Source of the DNA: Candidatus Abyssobacteria bacterium SURF_5
GTDB lineage: Bacteria; Abyssobacteria; SURF-5
DNA length: 64,000 nt
Reading direction: 5' to 3'
NCBI GenBank assembly: GCA_003598085.1
Contig: QZKU01000042.1
Span: forward strand, 28,138-92,137
A program made the translations under genes and the position numbers. Below are positions 39,336 to 48,002 of the stretch, in pieces. Position 1 is the stretch's first letter. Each line of letters starts with the position of its first letter. The notes under the pieces are model-generated. The model had not been told where the DNA came from and did not search any database. It was given only the letters and a program-made list of their open reading frames with translations.

Positions 39336-41213
39336 ATGGATATTTTCCTCACCCCAAAAAGCGTTGCTATCATCGGCGCTTCGACGAATCCGATGAAGTT
39401 CGGCAGCATCATCATGGCGAACCTGTTCAATATCGGATATGAAGGCAAGATTTTTCCGGTCAATCAGAAAGCCGAGCCGATCGCAGGGCTTACCACGTAT
39501 CGCTCGGTGATAGAGATACCCGAACCGGTCGATCTCGCCATTTTTGCGATACCGGCGTCGGGCGCGCTGGAAGCAATGCGCGACTGCGCAGCCAAAGGCG
39601 TCAAAGGAGTTGTAATAATTTCCTCCGGATTTACCGAAGCCGGCGAGGAGGGCGAGCGCCGCCAGCAGGAGTTGCTCGATGTTGCGCAGGTGGCGGGCAT
39701 TCGCGTCATCGGTCCCAACACCACCGGGATTCTGAACCCGATCGATCGCTTCACCACCACGTTCGTTCCGCTGCAGGAGGTAAAGGCGGGACCGGTTGCC
39801 TTCATCGCGCAGACGGGCATGTTTGCTGGAATGCTACTGGAATGGATTCTGTCATCCGAATGTTTCGGAATCAGCCGCGTGATCGGACTGGGCAACAAAT
39901 GCGACGTCGACGACGCCGACGCTCTCGAATATCTCGCGGACGATGAGCACACCAAGGCGATAATGATGTACATCGAGGCGATCAAGGACGGCAGGCGCTT
40001 CATGGATGCCGCACGCGCGGCGGCATTGAAGAAGCCAGTATTCGCGCTGAAATCAGGCGAGACCGGCGAGGGCGCTCGCGCTGCGATGTCGCATACAGGT
40101 TCGATGGCCGGAAACGACGCGATCACATCGGCTGCTTTCAAGCAGGCCGGCATTATCCGCGTCGATTGCTTTCAGAAACTCATCGACTACGCCAAGATGC
40201 TTGCGTATCAGCCGGTGGCGAAGGGAAACCGGCTGGCAATCGTTTCGTTGTCGGGTGGAGCGGCGGTCATGTCGACGGACGCCGCCATGAAGGCGGGATT
40301 CCAGCTCGCGCATTTCTCCAATGAGATACTGGCCGAAATCCAGAAAGAATATCCTTTGTGGGCGACCGTTCGGCATCCATTTGATATCGAGCCGCTGACG
40401 GAAACGGTCGGCTTCATGCCCGCGTTCAAAAAGACCGTTCGCTGTGCGCTCTCGAACCCGGACACGCAGGTATGCCTCATCGTCACATGGACTCCGTTTG
40501 CCGGAATGGGCTACTCGTTCGAGTTCATCAAAGAGATGCAGGAAGAGTACCCGGGCAAGCCGGTGGCTTTCTGCTCGATCGGTTATAAGAACAATCATGA
40601 AGCCCTTTTCCAACAACTTGAAGCAAAGCAGATTCCTGTTTATTCCAGTTTTACGCGCGCGATCGATGCGCTTGCGGCTTCAGTCGAGTACGGCAAATTC
40701 CTCGCTTCGATCCGGCAGGCAAAGCTGGAAGAGAGAAGGTTTCTGAGGTCGGAGCGGCCAAAAACAAAGCCAGCCGCCGGACCGAAGAAGCCGGATTCGC
40801 GTGAACGTCACGAGAAAGTGACGGTCTTTTTCGATGGCGCCTCGCGCGGCAACCCCGGCCCGGCCGCGATCGGAATTGTCGTTAAAAATCAAAACGGCGA
40901 AACGCTCAGCGAGGTCAGCGAGGCCATTGGGAAGGCCACCAACAATTACGCTGAATATACCGCCCTTATCCGCGCGCTCGAAGAGGCGAGGCGGCTCGGG
41001 GCGACCGAGGTCAAGTGCCTGTCCGATAGCGAACTCGTGGTCCGGCAAATGAAGGGCGAATATGGCATCAAGAGCAAGTCGCTCCTTCCCCTCGTCAGCG
41101 AGGCACAAGCGCTCCGGCGCACATTCCACAGATTCGGCATCCGCCACATTCCCCGCGAGCAGAACAAGCGGGCCGACCAGCTTGCGGGATTGGCGCTGAA
41201 GAAGCAAAATTGA
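39336..41213 (+). CDS. NDP-forming acyl-CoA synthetase alpha-like module (CoA-binding plus ligase-CoA domains) fused to a C-terminal RNase HI domain
   Basis: 625 aa. N-terminal VAIIGASTNPMKFG...IFPVNQK and the phospho-His loop MSHTGSMAG. The C-terminal ~130 aa (about 40815-41210) read FFDGASRGNPGPAAIG...NNYAEYTAL...LSDSELVV...NKRADQLA, a complete DEDD RNase H set. There is no ATP-grasp domain. Confidence 0.8.
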   Translation: MDIFLTPKSVAIIGASTNPMKFGSIIMANLFNIGYEGKIFPVNQKAEPIAGLTTYRSVIEIPEPVDLAIFAIPASGALEAMRDCAAKGVKGVVIISSGFTEAGEEGERRQQELLDVAQVAGIRVIGPNTTGILNPIDRFTTTFVPLQEVKAGPVAFIAQTGMFAGMLLEWILSSECFGISRVIGLGNKCDVDDADALEYLADDEHTKAIMMYIEAIKDGRRFMDAARAAALKKPVFALKSGETGEGARAAMSHTGSMAGNDAITSAAFKQAGIIRVDCFQKLIDYAKMLAYQPVAKGNRLAIVSLSGGAAVMSTDAAMKAGFQLAHFSNEILAEIQKEYPLWATVRHPFDIEPLTETVGFMPAFKKTVRCALSNPDTQVCLIVTWTPFAGMGYSFEFIKEMQEEYPGKPVAFCSIGYKNNHEALFQQLEAKQIPVYSSFTRAIDALAASVEYGKFLASIRQAKLEERRFLRSERPKTKPAAGPKKPDSRERHEKVTVFFDGASRGNPGPAAIGIVVKNQNGETLSEVSEAIGKATNNYAEYTALIRALEEARRLGATEVKCLSDSELVVRQMKGEYGIKSKSLLPLVSEAQALRRTFHRFGIRHIPREQNKRADQLAGLALKKQN

Positions 41214-41298
41214 TTTACTGACGTTCCGGAACGAGTGCGTCTGCCGCCTCCCTCAGATCAGGCGAGAGCGCCGCATAATCAAAATCAAGAAGACCCTC

Positions 41299-42249
41299 AT
41301 GGCCCAAATCATCACCGACAGAATCAAGATTGGCATCAGTGCGTGCAATTTCGGGGCGACTGTTCGCTGGAATCACCGGGGCTGGGATCGCCCGCTCCTG
41401 CTGGGCAGGGAGAAGAGCGATTTCATCTGGACGCCGGTGTGCCCCGAGGTCAACGCCGGTCTCGGCGTTCCGCGGCCGCCCGTGCGCCTTTCGGGCGGCA
41501 ATGGGCACGAGTTCTGGTCGGGCGCCGCCAAAATGAAGAATCGAGCGGGTGAAGATGTGACCACGCTCGTAAAGGAGGGCTATCTGAAGTCGCTCGATAC
41601 TCTCAGGCAGGCTCAGGTCGCGGCCTTTGTCTTCATGGAAGGCAGCCCCTCGTGCGGCGTGTATCGGACGACGCTCAGGGATCGCCGGCTTGGCCAACCG
41701 CCCGGCGCCTTCGGTTCGCTGCTCCTGAAAGATGGATATTTTCTGATACCGGCGATCGACCTTGAGAGTCCGGTGAAATGGTGGGATTGGCGGCGGCGCC
41801 TTCATTCATTCGTGTGGTTGAAACATCAGGAGATCGACTCGAAGAAACACATTTACGACATCTGGCATCTTTTAAAATTCATGTGCCAGGAGGTCGCCCC
41901 GAAGGAGTCGGCGGAAATCGGGCGGCGCCTTGCCGCGATGCCTTCAAAGTTCTCTCAGCCGTTTGCGGATCAGTGGAAGAGCGAGGTCCTGATGCTGCTG
42001 CGCAAACCGTCTACCCACGCCCGAATCGGCTCGATCATGCTCAAGCATTATGCGCATTACCGCAAGCACTTTAATCCGGCGGCAGGAGATATCAAGTCGC
42101 CACGCAGCGATATCGCAAAGCATGCATTCGTCCGGGAACTGCGGGAAATGGAGAAACGGGCGTACCTGGAAGGCTATGATTTTGCGGGGACTCCGGTGCT
42201 CTACAGGGCTTGTTCTCAGAGCCATCACTCTCTTCCTCCCACTTCTTGA
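41299..42249 (+). CDS. DUF523 (YbbK/TudS-like) plus DUF1722 (YbgA-like) fusion protein
   Basis: 316 aa. IGISACNFGATVRWN ... CPEV ... SPSCG Cys-rich DUF523 core, with a helical C-terminal half. Confidence 0.75.
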   Translation: MAQIITDRIKIGISACNFGATVRWNHRGWDRPLLLGREKSDFIWTPVCPEVNAGLGVPRPPVRLSGGNGHEFWSGAAKMKNRAGEDVTTLVKEGYLKSLDTLRQAQVAAFVFMEGSPSCGVYRTTLRDRRLGQPPGAFGSLLLKDGYFLIPAIDLESPVKWWDWRRRLHSFVWLKHQEIDSKKHIYDIWHLLKFMCQEVAPKESAEIGRRLAAMPSKFSQPFADQWKSEVLMLLRKPSTHARIGSIMLKHYAHYRKHFNPAAGDIKSPRSDIAKHAFVRELREMEKRAYLEGYDFAGTPVLYRACSQSHHSLPPTS

Positions 42250-42410
42250 AAGAGGGGAGGGGGGATTCACGTGTGATGGATATCTCCAAAGCCGAAATCC
42301 CCCTTAGTCCCCCTTACCCAAAGGGGGAAATTTGATCATGCTCTAATCCAGTTGACAACGATCCTACGAGCTTTCTTGCGAAAGACGTTGAGGGAAGGAG
42401 TGGAGAAGAC

Positions 42411-42851
42411 ATGGATGAGAAGCAGATGAGGCGGCTTCTAAAAAATCTCTTTCAGACCCAGCGCCTGGCCGTTCTGGCGACGCAGGGCGAAAACGGGCCG
42501 TATACGAGCCTGATGGCTTTCGCAGCAACGGAAGACCTCAGGCGCCTTCTATTTGCCACCGACCGCGACACGCGCAAATATCGCAACATGTCGCATAATC
42601 CTTCTGTCGCCTTGCTTATCGATAATCGAAATCCGGAGAGATCCCGCACCCATTTTGCGGTGACCGCTGTTGGGAAGGCCGTACCCGTCACCGGGACGGA
42701 AGATGAGGTTCTGCGGTCGGCTTTTCTCCGGAAACATCCCGATCTGCGTGAATTCCTTGATAAGGAAGGATGTACTTTGTTCAAGTGCTCGGTGGAGGAG
42801 TATGTCCTCGTTCAGAATTTCCAGGACGTCAGCGTGTACCGGCTGGGATAA
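42411..42851 (+). CDS. Pyridoxamine 5'-phosphate oxidase-like FMN-binding split-barrel protein
   Basis: 146 aa. LAVLATQGENGPYTSLMAF ... VALLIDNR pattern. Confidence 0.75.
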   Translation: MDEKQMRRLLKNLFQTQRLAVLATQGENGPYTSLMAFAATEDLRRLLFATDRDTRKYRNMSHNPSVALLIDNRNPERSRTHFAVTAVGKAVPVTGTEDEVLRSAFLRKHPDLREFLDKEGCTLFKCSVEEYVLVQNFQDVSVYRLG

Positions 42852-42962
42852 AGGATGAGCCCATTTTGTAGGCGGGAGTCTCATCGATCTCCCGGAGGTG
42901 ATATGACACTTCCTCTCTTGCTCTGAAGGAATGATAACACTGCGCGAGCGAAGGGAAATCCC

Positions 42963-43517
42963 TCAATAGCTCGGGGGGATAGTAATACAGACGCCGCATG
43001 CAAATTCGGTTCCGAAGTTCACGTATTTGTGGGGAACGGCTGAATTAAAAAAGAGGGAGTCGCCTTCCTTGAGGACGTATTTTCTATCGCCGACTGTCAC
43101 TTCGACTTTCCCGCTCAGCACGAAAGCCCATTCCTGGCCGATGTGTTCGCCCATTCGCGCCGTCGAGTGCGCCATAGGGTCGCCGCTGTAAAAGACAGGC
43201 AGCATCGTCACGTTGCGCGGGTTGGGAACGAGAAACTCGAGGTCGAACTCTCCTTCACTCACGTGAAACTTCTGGCGCTCGTTCTTGCGCAGAACGACCG
43301 GTTCCTCGTAGGGTATTGACGCAAAAATGTCGTAGAGCGGAAAGTCAAGGACGCCGGCTATCTTCGACAGCGACTCGATTGAGGGAAACACGTTATCGTT
43401 CTCGATCCGTGATATCAAGGCTTTGGAGTATCCGCATCGCGAGGCCACGTCGTCAAGCGTGAAGCCTTTCTTCATTCGAGCCTTCCTGATAACCCCGCCA
43501 AGTTTCACCATGAACAT
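42963..43517 (-). CDS. XRE-family transcriptional regulator with a C-terminal cupin domain
   Basis: 184 aa. HTH region KKGFTLDDVASRCGYSKALISRIEND. Cupin region GDSLFFNSAVPHKYVN. Confidence 0.85.
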   Translation of the reverse strand: MFMVKLGGVIRKARMKKGFTLDDVASRCGYSKALISRIENDNVFPSIESLSKIAGVLDFPLYDIFASIPYEEPVVLRKNERQKFHVSEGEFDLEFLVPNPRNVTMLPVFYSGDPMAHSTARMGEHIGQEWAFVLSGKVEVTVGDRKYVLKEGDSLFFNSAVPHKYVNFGTEFACGVCITIPPSY

Positions 43518-43559
43518 TCTCCTCTATGCATTCTGATCGGATTGGAGCAACTGGGGTTG

Positions 43560-43597
43560 AATGGATAATTATAAATCATCCATTGTAAAAAAATCAA
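43560..43597 (-). promoter_or_regulatory. Candidate promoter and autoregulatory operator of the XRE-cupin gene
   Basis: On the minus strand: TTGATT (43597-43592), an 18-nt spacer, then TATAAT (43573-43568). The -10 element is bracketed by the inverted repeat AATGGAT / ATCCATT (43560-43566 and 43578-43584). Confidence 0.4.
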
Positions 43598-43962
43598 CCA
43601 ACGTGGGAAGTATTCAAATGGTGAAAGGAATTGAAAGTATTTTCTGGCGAAAATCCTTGCAGGCGCGGAGACCAACCGAATGAATTCGGCCCGATAATAA
43701 AGGGCAGCGGCGATATCCGGCGTAGCGCAGGCATCCTGCCTGCAGAGAGATAAGTTGCAGATATCCACTAATTGAACACAGGGCCATATAGTTTCTTAAG
43801 GTCTTCAGTGGCACAGGCTTCCAAGTCCGTGAGACTCAGAAACCATGGGAACGACAGTGAGACAGATCTGACACAGAAGCGAGACATGAAGCATGTTTGG
43901 TCTCGCTCAAGGGTGAGCGGTTGCACGCTTCGGCGGCAGGCAAGTGGAAACGGGCCGCGAGC

Positions 43963-44337
43963 TTATTTTCTGAACTGGATGATTTCGATCCGCCCGGTAT
44001 CGCTCAGGAACAGGCTCACGACCAGACTGGAGATGCTGTAGATGAAGGCTCCTCCAATCGCCGTCCAGATGCTGGAGACGGAGAATCCGATCACCACTCG
44101 TGCCGTCAGCCAGAACAGGAAGCCGTTAATGACGAAGACGAACAATCCGATCGTCACAATGGAAATGGGAAGGGTAATGAGGATGAGGAGCGGCCTGACG
44201 AACGAATTGAGCAATCCGAAGACGATTCCTGCGAACAGGAGGGCCAGGATACCGGCGATTTCGATGCCGGGAAACAGCCAGGCGACGAATGCGAGAAGCA
44301 GGAGATTGATCAGAAAGCGTCCCACGAAACCGAGCAT
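43963..44337 (-). CDS. DUF360 / phage-holin-4_2-family small membrane protein
   Basis: 124 aa with four hydrophobic helices. FVRPLLILITLPISIVTIGLF is typical of the YvlD/DUF360 family. Confidence 0.7.
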   Translation of the reverse strand: MLGFVGRFLINLLLLAFVAWLFPGIEIAGILALLFAGIVFGLLNSFVRPLLILITLPISIVTIGLFVFVINGFLFWLTARVVIGFSVSSIWTAIGGAFIYSISSLVVSLFLSDTGRIEIIQFRK

Positions 44338-44407
44338 TTGCTATTCCTCCACATGAGCTTTTCTCTTGTCGCGTTGAACAGCCGCCCGTGCAGCAGCCGC
44401 TTCCATA

Positions 44408-44887
44408 CTAGTGTTCCTTCGCGCGGGCAAGCAAAAGATTGGTGTCGCGCAGGCGCCGCGACAGCATGCGCGAGAGGTTGAACAAAAGGCGGACGGCCAC
44501 CGATTTGGTGAGCAGCCGCTGAATGCGGTCTTCATCGAGCGCCAGCAAGATGCAGTTATCCATGGCCACGGCTTTAGCGGACCGCTCTTTTCTTTCGAAG
44601 AACGCCATTTCTCCGAATGTCTCACCCTCGCCGAGCACAGCCAGAGTGCGATCTCCTCGTACGTCCTCATCGACGATCTGAACCCGGCCCTTCAGAACGA
44701 CGTACATTTCGCGGCCGGCGTCGCCTTTGCGGAAGATCACATCGCCGGTCATGATCTTCGATTGCAGGGCCATCGCCATGATTTTGATACAGTTCTTGAA
44801 TTCGATGCCGTCGAACAGCTCTATCGATTCGACCAACGGGCGATACTTCTCGTATTTTGCATACTTGTCGTCGGCCAATTCAACCAT
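44408..44887 (-). CDS. Stand-alone cyclic-nucleotide-binding (CAP-family cNMP) domain protein
   Basis: 159 aa. VIFRKGDAGREMYVVLKGRVQI ... LGEGETFGEMAFF ... RSAKAVA carries the phosphate-binding-cassette signature. Confidence 0.8.
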   Translation of the reverse strand: MVELADDKYAKYEKYRPLVESIELFDGIEFKNCIKIMAMALQSKIMTGDVIFRKGDAGREMYVVLKGRVQIVDEDVRGDRTLAVLGEGETFGEMAFFERKERSAKAVAMDNCILLALDEDRIQRLLTKSVAVRLLFNLSRMLSRRLRDTNLLLARAKEH

Positions 44888-44933
44888 GCGGCCCTCCTCT
44901 CAATCGGTGGAAGAAGACTGGCGGATCAGACTC

Positions 44934-45362
44934 TCATTTATTCAGTTCAATAAGCCCTTTGTACTTTGAGTACAATTCCCCAACGGCTCCGCCGCCGATT
45001 TTAACATCAGGCGCCTGTCTGACGTGCTCAAACTCCTTCAGGAATTCTTCCGGGACCACGGGTTCCGGCTCGGTTTTCTTCATGTCCAGCTTTTGCACGA
45101 CGATCCGCCCCTGTTGTTTCGAGGCCTCAAAATCGAAGTAGTAGGTGGCTCCAGTATCGGAAGGGACGTTGACAAAAATGCCCGATTCGAAGCCGGGAGG
45201 GCGCCCGTCACTCGGTTCAAAAATGATGCCTTCAACCGCCTGCCCTTTGCCGGCAGCATCGAACCTGATGAGCGAGCCGTGCCCGGCCTTGCGCATCTTT
45301 TCAAATATCTTTTCAATGTCCGAAATATTCATCGGGTCCGTCTTATTGTTGGAGAGGCGCAA
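44934..45362 (-). CDS. Hypothetical protein
   Basis: 142-aa ORF, or about 132 aa from MNISDIEK at 45332. No motif. The codon pattern looks like that of its neighbours. Confidence 0.45.
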   Translation of the reverse strand: MRLSNNKTDPMNISDIEKIFEKMRKAGHGSLIRFDAAGKGQAVEGIIFEPSDGRPPGFESGIFVNVPSDTGATYYFDFEASKQQGRIVVQKLDMKKTEPEPVVPEEFLKEFEHVRQAPDVKIGGGAVGELYSKYKGLIELNK

Positions 45363-45522
45363 TTAAAAAACCGACAGGTGAAAAATGGAGACGGTTTCGC
45401 CCCTTTTCCCCAGTCGGTGTTTCCATCCGTCCCACAAATGCATGCGGGGACATCGTTCGGCATATGAACTGTATAAAATCTTCCCGCAGTTGTCAAATGA
45501 AACCGTTTTCGTCGCCATTTGG

Positions 45523-46410
45523 CTATTTCGGAGATGGATCGGGTGCAATCGGACTGCGTTCCCTTCTGGCGGCAAGATGGAAAACGACCCACGCGCCGCA
45601 GAGCTCGCAGTCGACGTCGTTGCCGTAACAGCAAAACGGGTTTATGAATTTGTCACCTTCGAGCCAGAGGGGCAGAACGAAGCGTTTCGAGAGGCATTGC
45701 TTCACAACTGCCCGAGCGTTTTGGGAAAGAGTCAGCTCGAGGCTGCGGCTGTTGTTCCAGATGAAATCCGGGTGTTTCTTCTTCAGGCGAATGACTTCGA
45801 GCACGGCTTTATCGCGGCGATCGAGCGATCCCCAGGTGAAGTCGGAGTCGTCTATCCGGCGCGGCACGTAAAATGAGAAGGTCATTCCTTCGACGCGCGT
45901 GGGGAGCAAGCGTTCGACCAGTTCCTCGAGGTGGTCTTCGTTCAGTTTCGTAACCACGCACTGCACCATAACGGTAGGGCCGAAAACGTCGGGCACGCGG
46001 GCCAGTGTCCGCATGACGCGCTCGAAAGCGCCGTTGCCCCGTATCGAGTCGTTGATCTGCGGCGGGCCATCGACGGAGACGACATAGATGCAGTTGGGCA
46101 GATCGATCAGGTCGAGCGTGCCATTGGTCGTTACGTTATTCTGCTGGAAAATCTTCGAGCCCTCACGAAGCACGTCCGGCCTCAGCAGAGGTTCGCCGCC
46201 CATCCACAGCATCGTGTGGATATTGTGGCGCTGCTGCAACTCCGTCAGCGAGCGGAGCATCAGGTCTGTCTCCATCTCATGCTCGGGCTGGTTGGGGTTT
46301 CCATCGCGATAAATGAAGCAGTGCTTGCAGCGCAGGGTGCACCGATTGGTGATGTTGACCATGGCGGCCGGATACCAGCGGAACTGGCTGTCGTTTTCCG
46401 GCTCCGTCAT
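45523..46410 (-). CDS. Radical SAM protein
   Basis: 295 aa. The CX3CX2C motif NRCTLRCKHC is near the N-terminus, followed by GGEPLL. A C-terminal Cys cluster reads CCYGNDVDCELCG. Confidence 0.85.
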   Translation of the reverse strand: MTEPENDSQFRWYPAAMVNITNRCTLRCKHCFIYRDGNPNQPEHEMETDLMLRSLTELQQRHNIHTMLWMGGEPLLRPDVLREGSKIFQQNNVTTNGTLDLIDLPNCIYVVSVDGPPQINDSIRGNGAFERVMRTLARVPDVFGPTVMVQCVVTKLNEDHLEELVERLLPTRVEGMTFSFYVPRRIDDSDFTWGSLDRRDKAVLEVIRLKKKHPDFIWNNSRSLELTLSQNARAVVKQCLSKRFVLPLWLEGDKFINPFCCYGNDVDCELCGAWVVFHLAARRERSPIAPDPSPK

Positions 46411-47087
46411 TGTTTCTCCTCCTCGATGGCACGCTCCACTAATTCGCAGATGATGTGACCGATGAGAATGTGGGATTCCTGGATTCTCGGTGTTTCGCCG
46501 GAGGGCACATTCAGGAGGATATCGGCCGCTCCCTTCAATAAACCGCCCGAGAGACCGGTCATGCCGATCGTTGTGCTGCCGATCCGATGGGCCGCCTCGA
46601 TGGCTCGAATGATGTTTGGGGAATTCCCGCTCGTGCTGATGCCGATGACAACATCCTCCGGTTTTGCAGAGGCCTCCACCTGCCGCTCAAAGATGCGGTC
46701 GTAGCCGTAATCATTTCCGATTGATGTGAGAACGGAGGAGTTGGTATTGAGCGCGACGGCGAACAGCGGCCGGCGTTCTTTGAGAAAACGGCCGACCAGT
46801 TCGCAGGCGATATGTTGGGCATCTGCCGCACTGCCGCCGTTGCCGAACAGAATCAATTTTCCGCCGTTGCGGTAGCAGTCTACGATTTTTTCGGCGGTTA
46901 GTTCAATGTTGGAAAGCAGTTCATCGGAAAACCGTTGTTTCACGCGTACGCTGTCCTCGATCTTCTGCTGAATCAACTCGCGGTTCTTCAATCTGACGCG
47001 CCCTTTCCTGTTCGAAGCCGCCGGCGTTTGCGCCGGGGGCACGATTTTTTGAATTAGAATTCTATCACAAACCGGCTGCGTGGGCAA
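46407..47087 (-). CDS. gmhA: SIS-domain protein, GmhA/DiaA-type sugar-phosphate isomerase
   Basis: GNGGSAADAQHIACELVGRF and ISTSGNSPN motifs. A 4-nt overlap joins it to the radical SAM gene. The N-terminal ~30 aa may be over-extended. Confidence 0.75.
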   Translation of the reverse strand: MPTQPVCDRILIQKIVPPAQTPAASNRKGRVRLKNRELIQQKIEDSVRVKQRFSDELLSNIELTAEKIVDCYRNGGKLILFGNGGSAADAQHIACELVGRFLKERRPLFAVALNTNSSVLTSIGNDYGYDRIFERQVEASAKPEDVVIGISTSGNSPNIIRAIEAAHRIGSTTIGMTGLSGGLLKGAADILLNVPSGETPRIQESHILIGHIICELVERAIEEEKQ

Positions 47088-47101
47088 AAATGCATGTCAG
47101 G

Positions 47102-47887
47102 CTACAGTTCCCTCTCGGGTAGGGGACCGATGGTTAATGATTCCCCCGGCTCCAGCACGCGGATGGTCTCTTTCATGCCGGCCCGCTCGGCCGCCTGCAA
47201 CAGTCGAGGTATGGGCTCGGTGAACGGCTCGAGCGAGAGCTTAAAGGCTCCCCAATGGATGGGTATGAGCGCCCGTGCTCGAAGGATATGCGCGGCCTCG
47301 ACGGCATCCTCGGGCGCCATGTGGTTTTCTCTGAAAGGCGGCGGCTCATATGCGCCGACCGGCAGCAGGGCGGCGTCAATTTTCCACCGATTGGCGATAT
47401 CGCTTATTCCGTCAAAGAGACCGGTATCGCCGGCGAAGTAGATGACGGCGCTTCCTTCTATGATGTATCCCTGGTAGCCGGTGCAGAAGTAAAGCGGCGG
47501 CCTCCCCCCAAAATGTTTTGCGGGGACCGCGGTTATGTTCACCTGTTGGAGCTTGATCTGTTCCCATGGAGCGAGCGTTATGACTTGTCGTGAAGCACGC
47601 TTGAGGACTCGCTCGAGGCCGGGAGGCGCCACAACCGGCACATCCTTCCCCAATTTCTTCAGTGTCGGCACATCGAGATGGTCGTAATGTCCATGCGAGA
47701 CAAGCGCCAGATCGATTCGGGGAAGCGCGGCGGCGGTAAAGGGAAGCGCGCTTCGTCTTCGAATGAAAAGGGAAATCCGCCGGCTGAGGTTCGGATCGGT
47801 GATAATATTCTTATCAGCAATCGAAATGAGGGCCGACGAGTGCCCGAGGAACGTGATGCGCGCACCTCTTTTTGATTGCGGATTCAT
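47102..47887 (-). CDS. MBL-fold metallo-hydrolase
   Basis: 261 aa. ITFLGHSS and VSHGHYDHLD metal-binding motifs. Confidence 0.85.
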   Translation of the reverse strand: MNPQSKRGARITFLGHSSALISIADKNIITDPNLSRRISLFIRRRSALPFTAAALPRIDLALVSHGHYDHLDVPTLKKLGKDVPVVAPPGLERVLKRASRQVITLAPWEQIKLQQVNITAVPAKHFGGRPPLYFCTGYQGYIIEGSAVIYFAGDTGLFDGISDIANRWKIDAALLPVGAYEPPPFRENHMAPEDAVEAAHILRARALIPIHWGAFKLSLEPFTEPIPRLLQAAERAGMKETIRVLEPGESLTIGPLPEREL

Positions 47888-48002
47888 TGATATATCATAA
47901 CATTTCCATTCGATGCGGGCATGTCCGGCTGATTTTCAATTGAAGAGGAGATTTGATAGAATGCAAAAAGGTAAAGCACTGTGGGATTGAGGAGGAGCGG
48001 CG

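Noticed and set aside
42256-42340. G5/C5 hairpins (GGGGGATT...AATCCCCC and CCCCCTT-ACCCA-AAGGGGG) after the DUF523/DUF1722 gene as an intrinsic terminator or repeat element
   Set aside because: The stems are real, but no U-tract follows and there is only a single copy in the window. That is insufficient to call a terminator or a repeat family.
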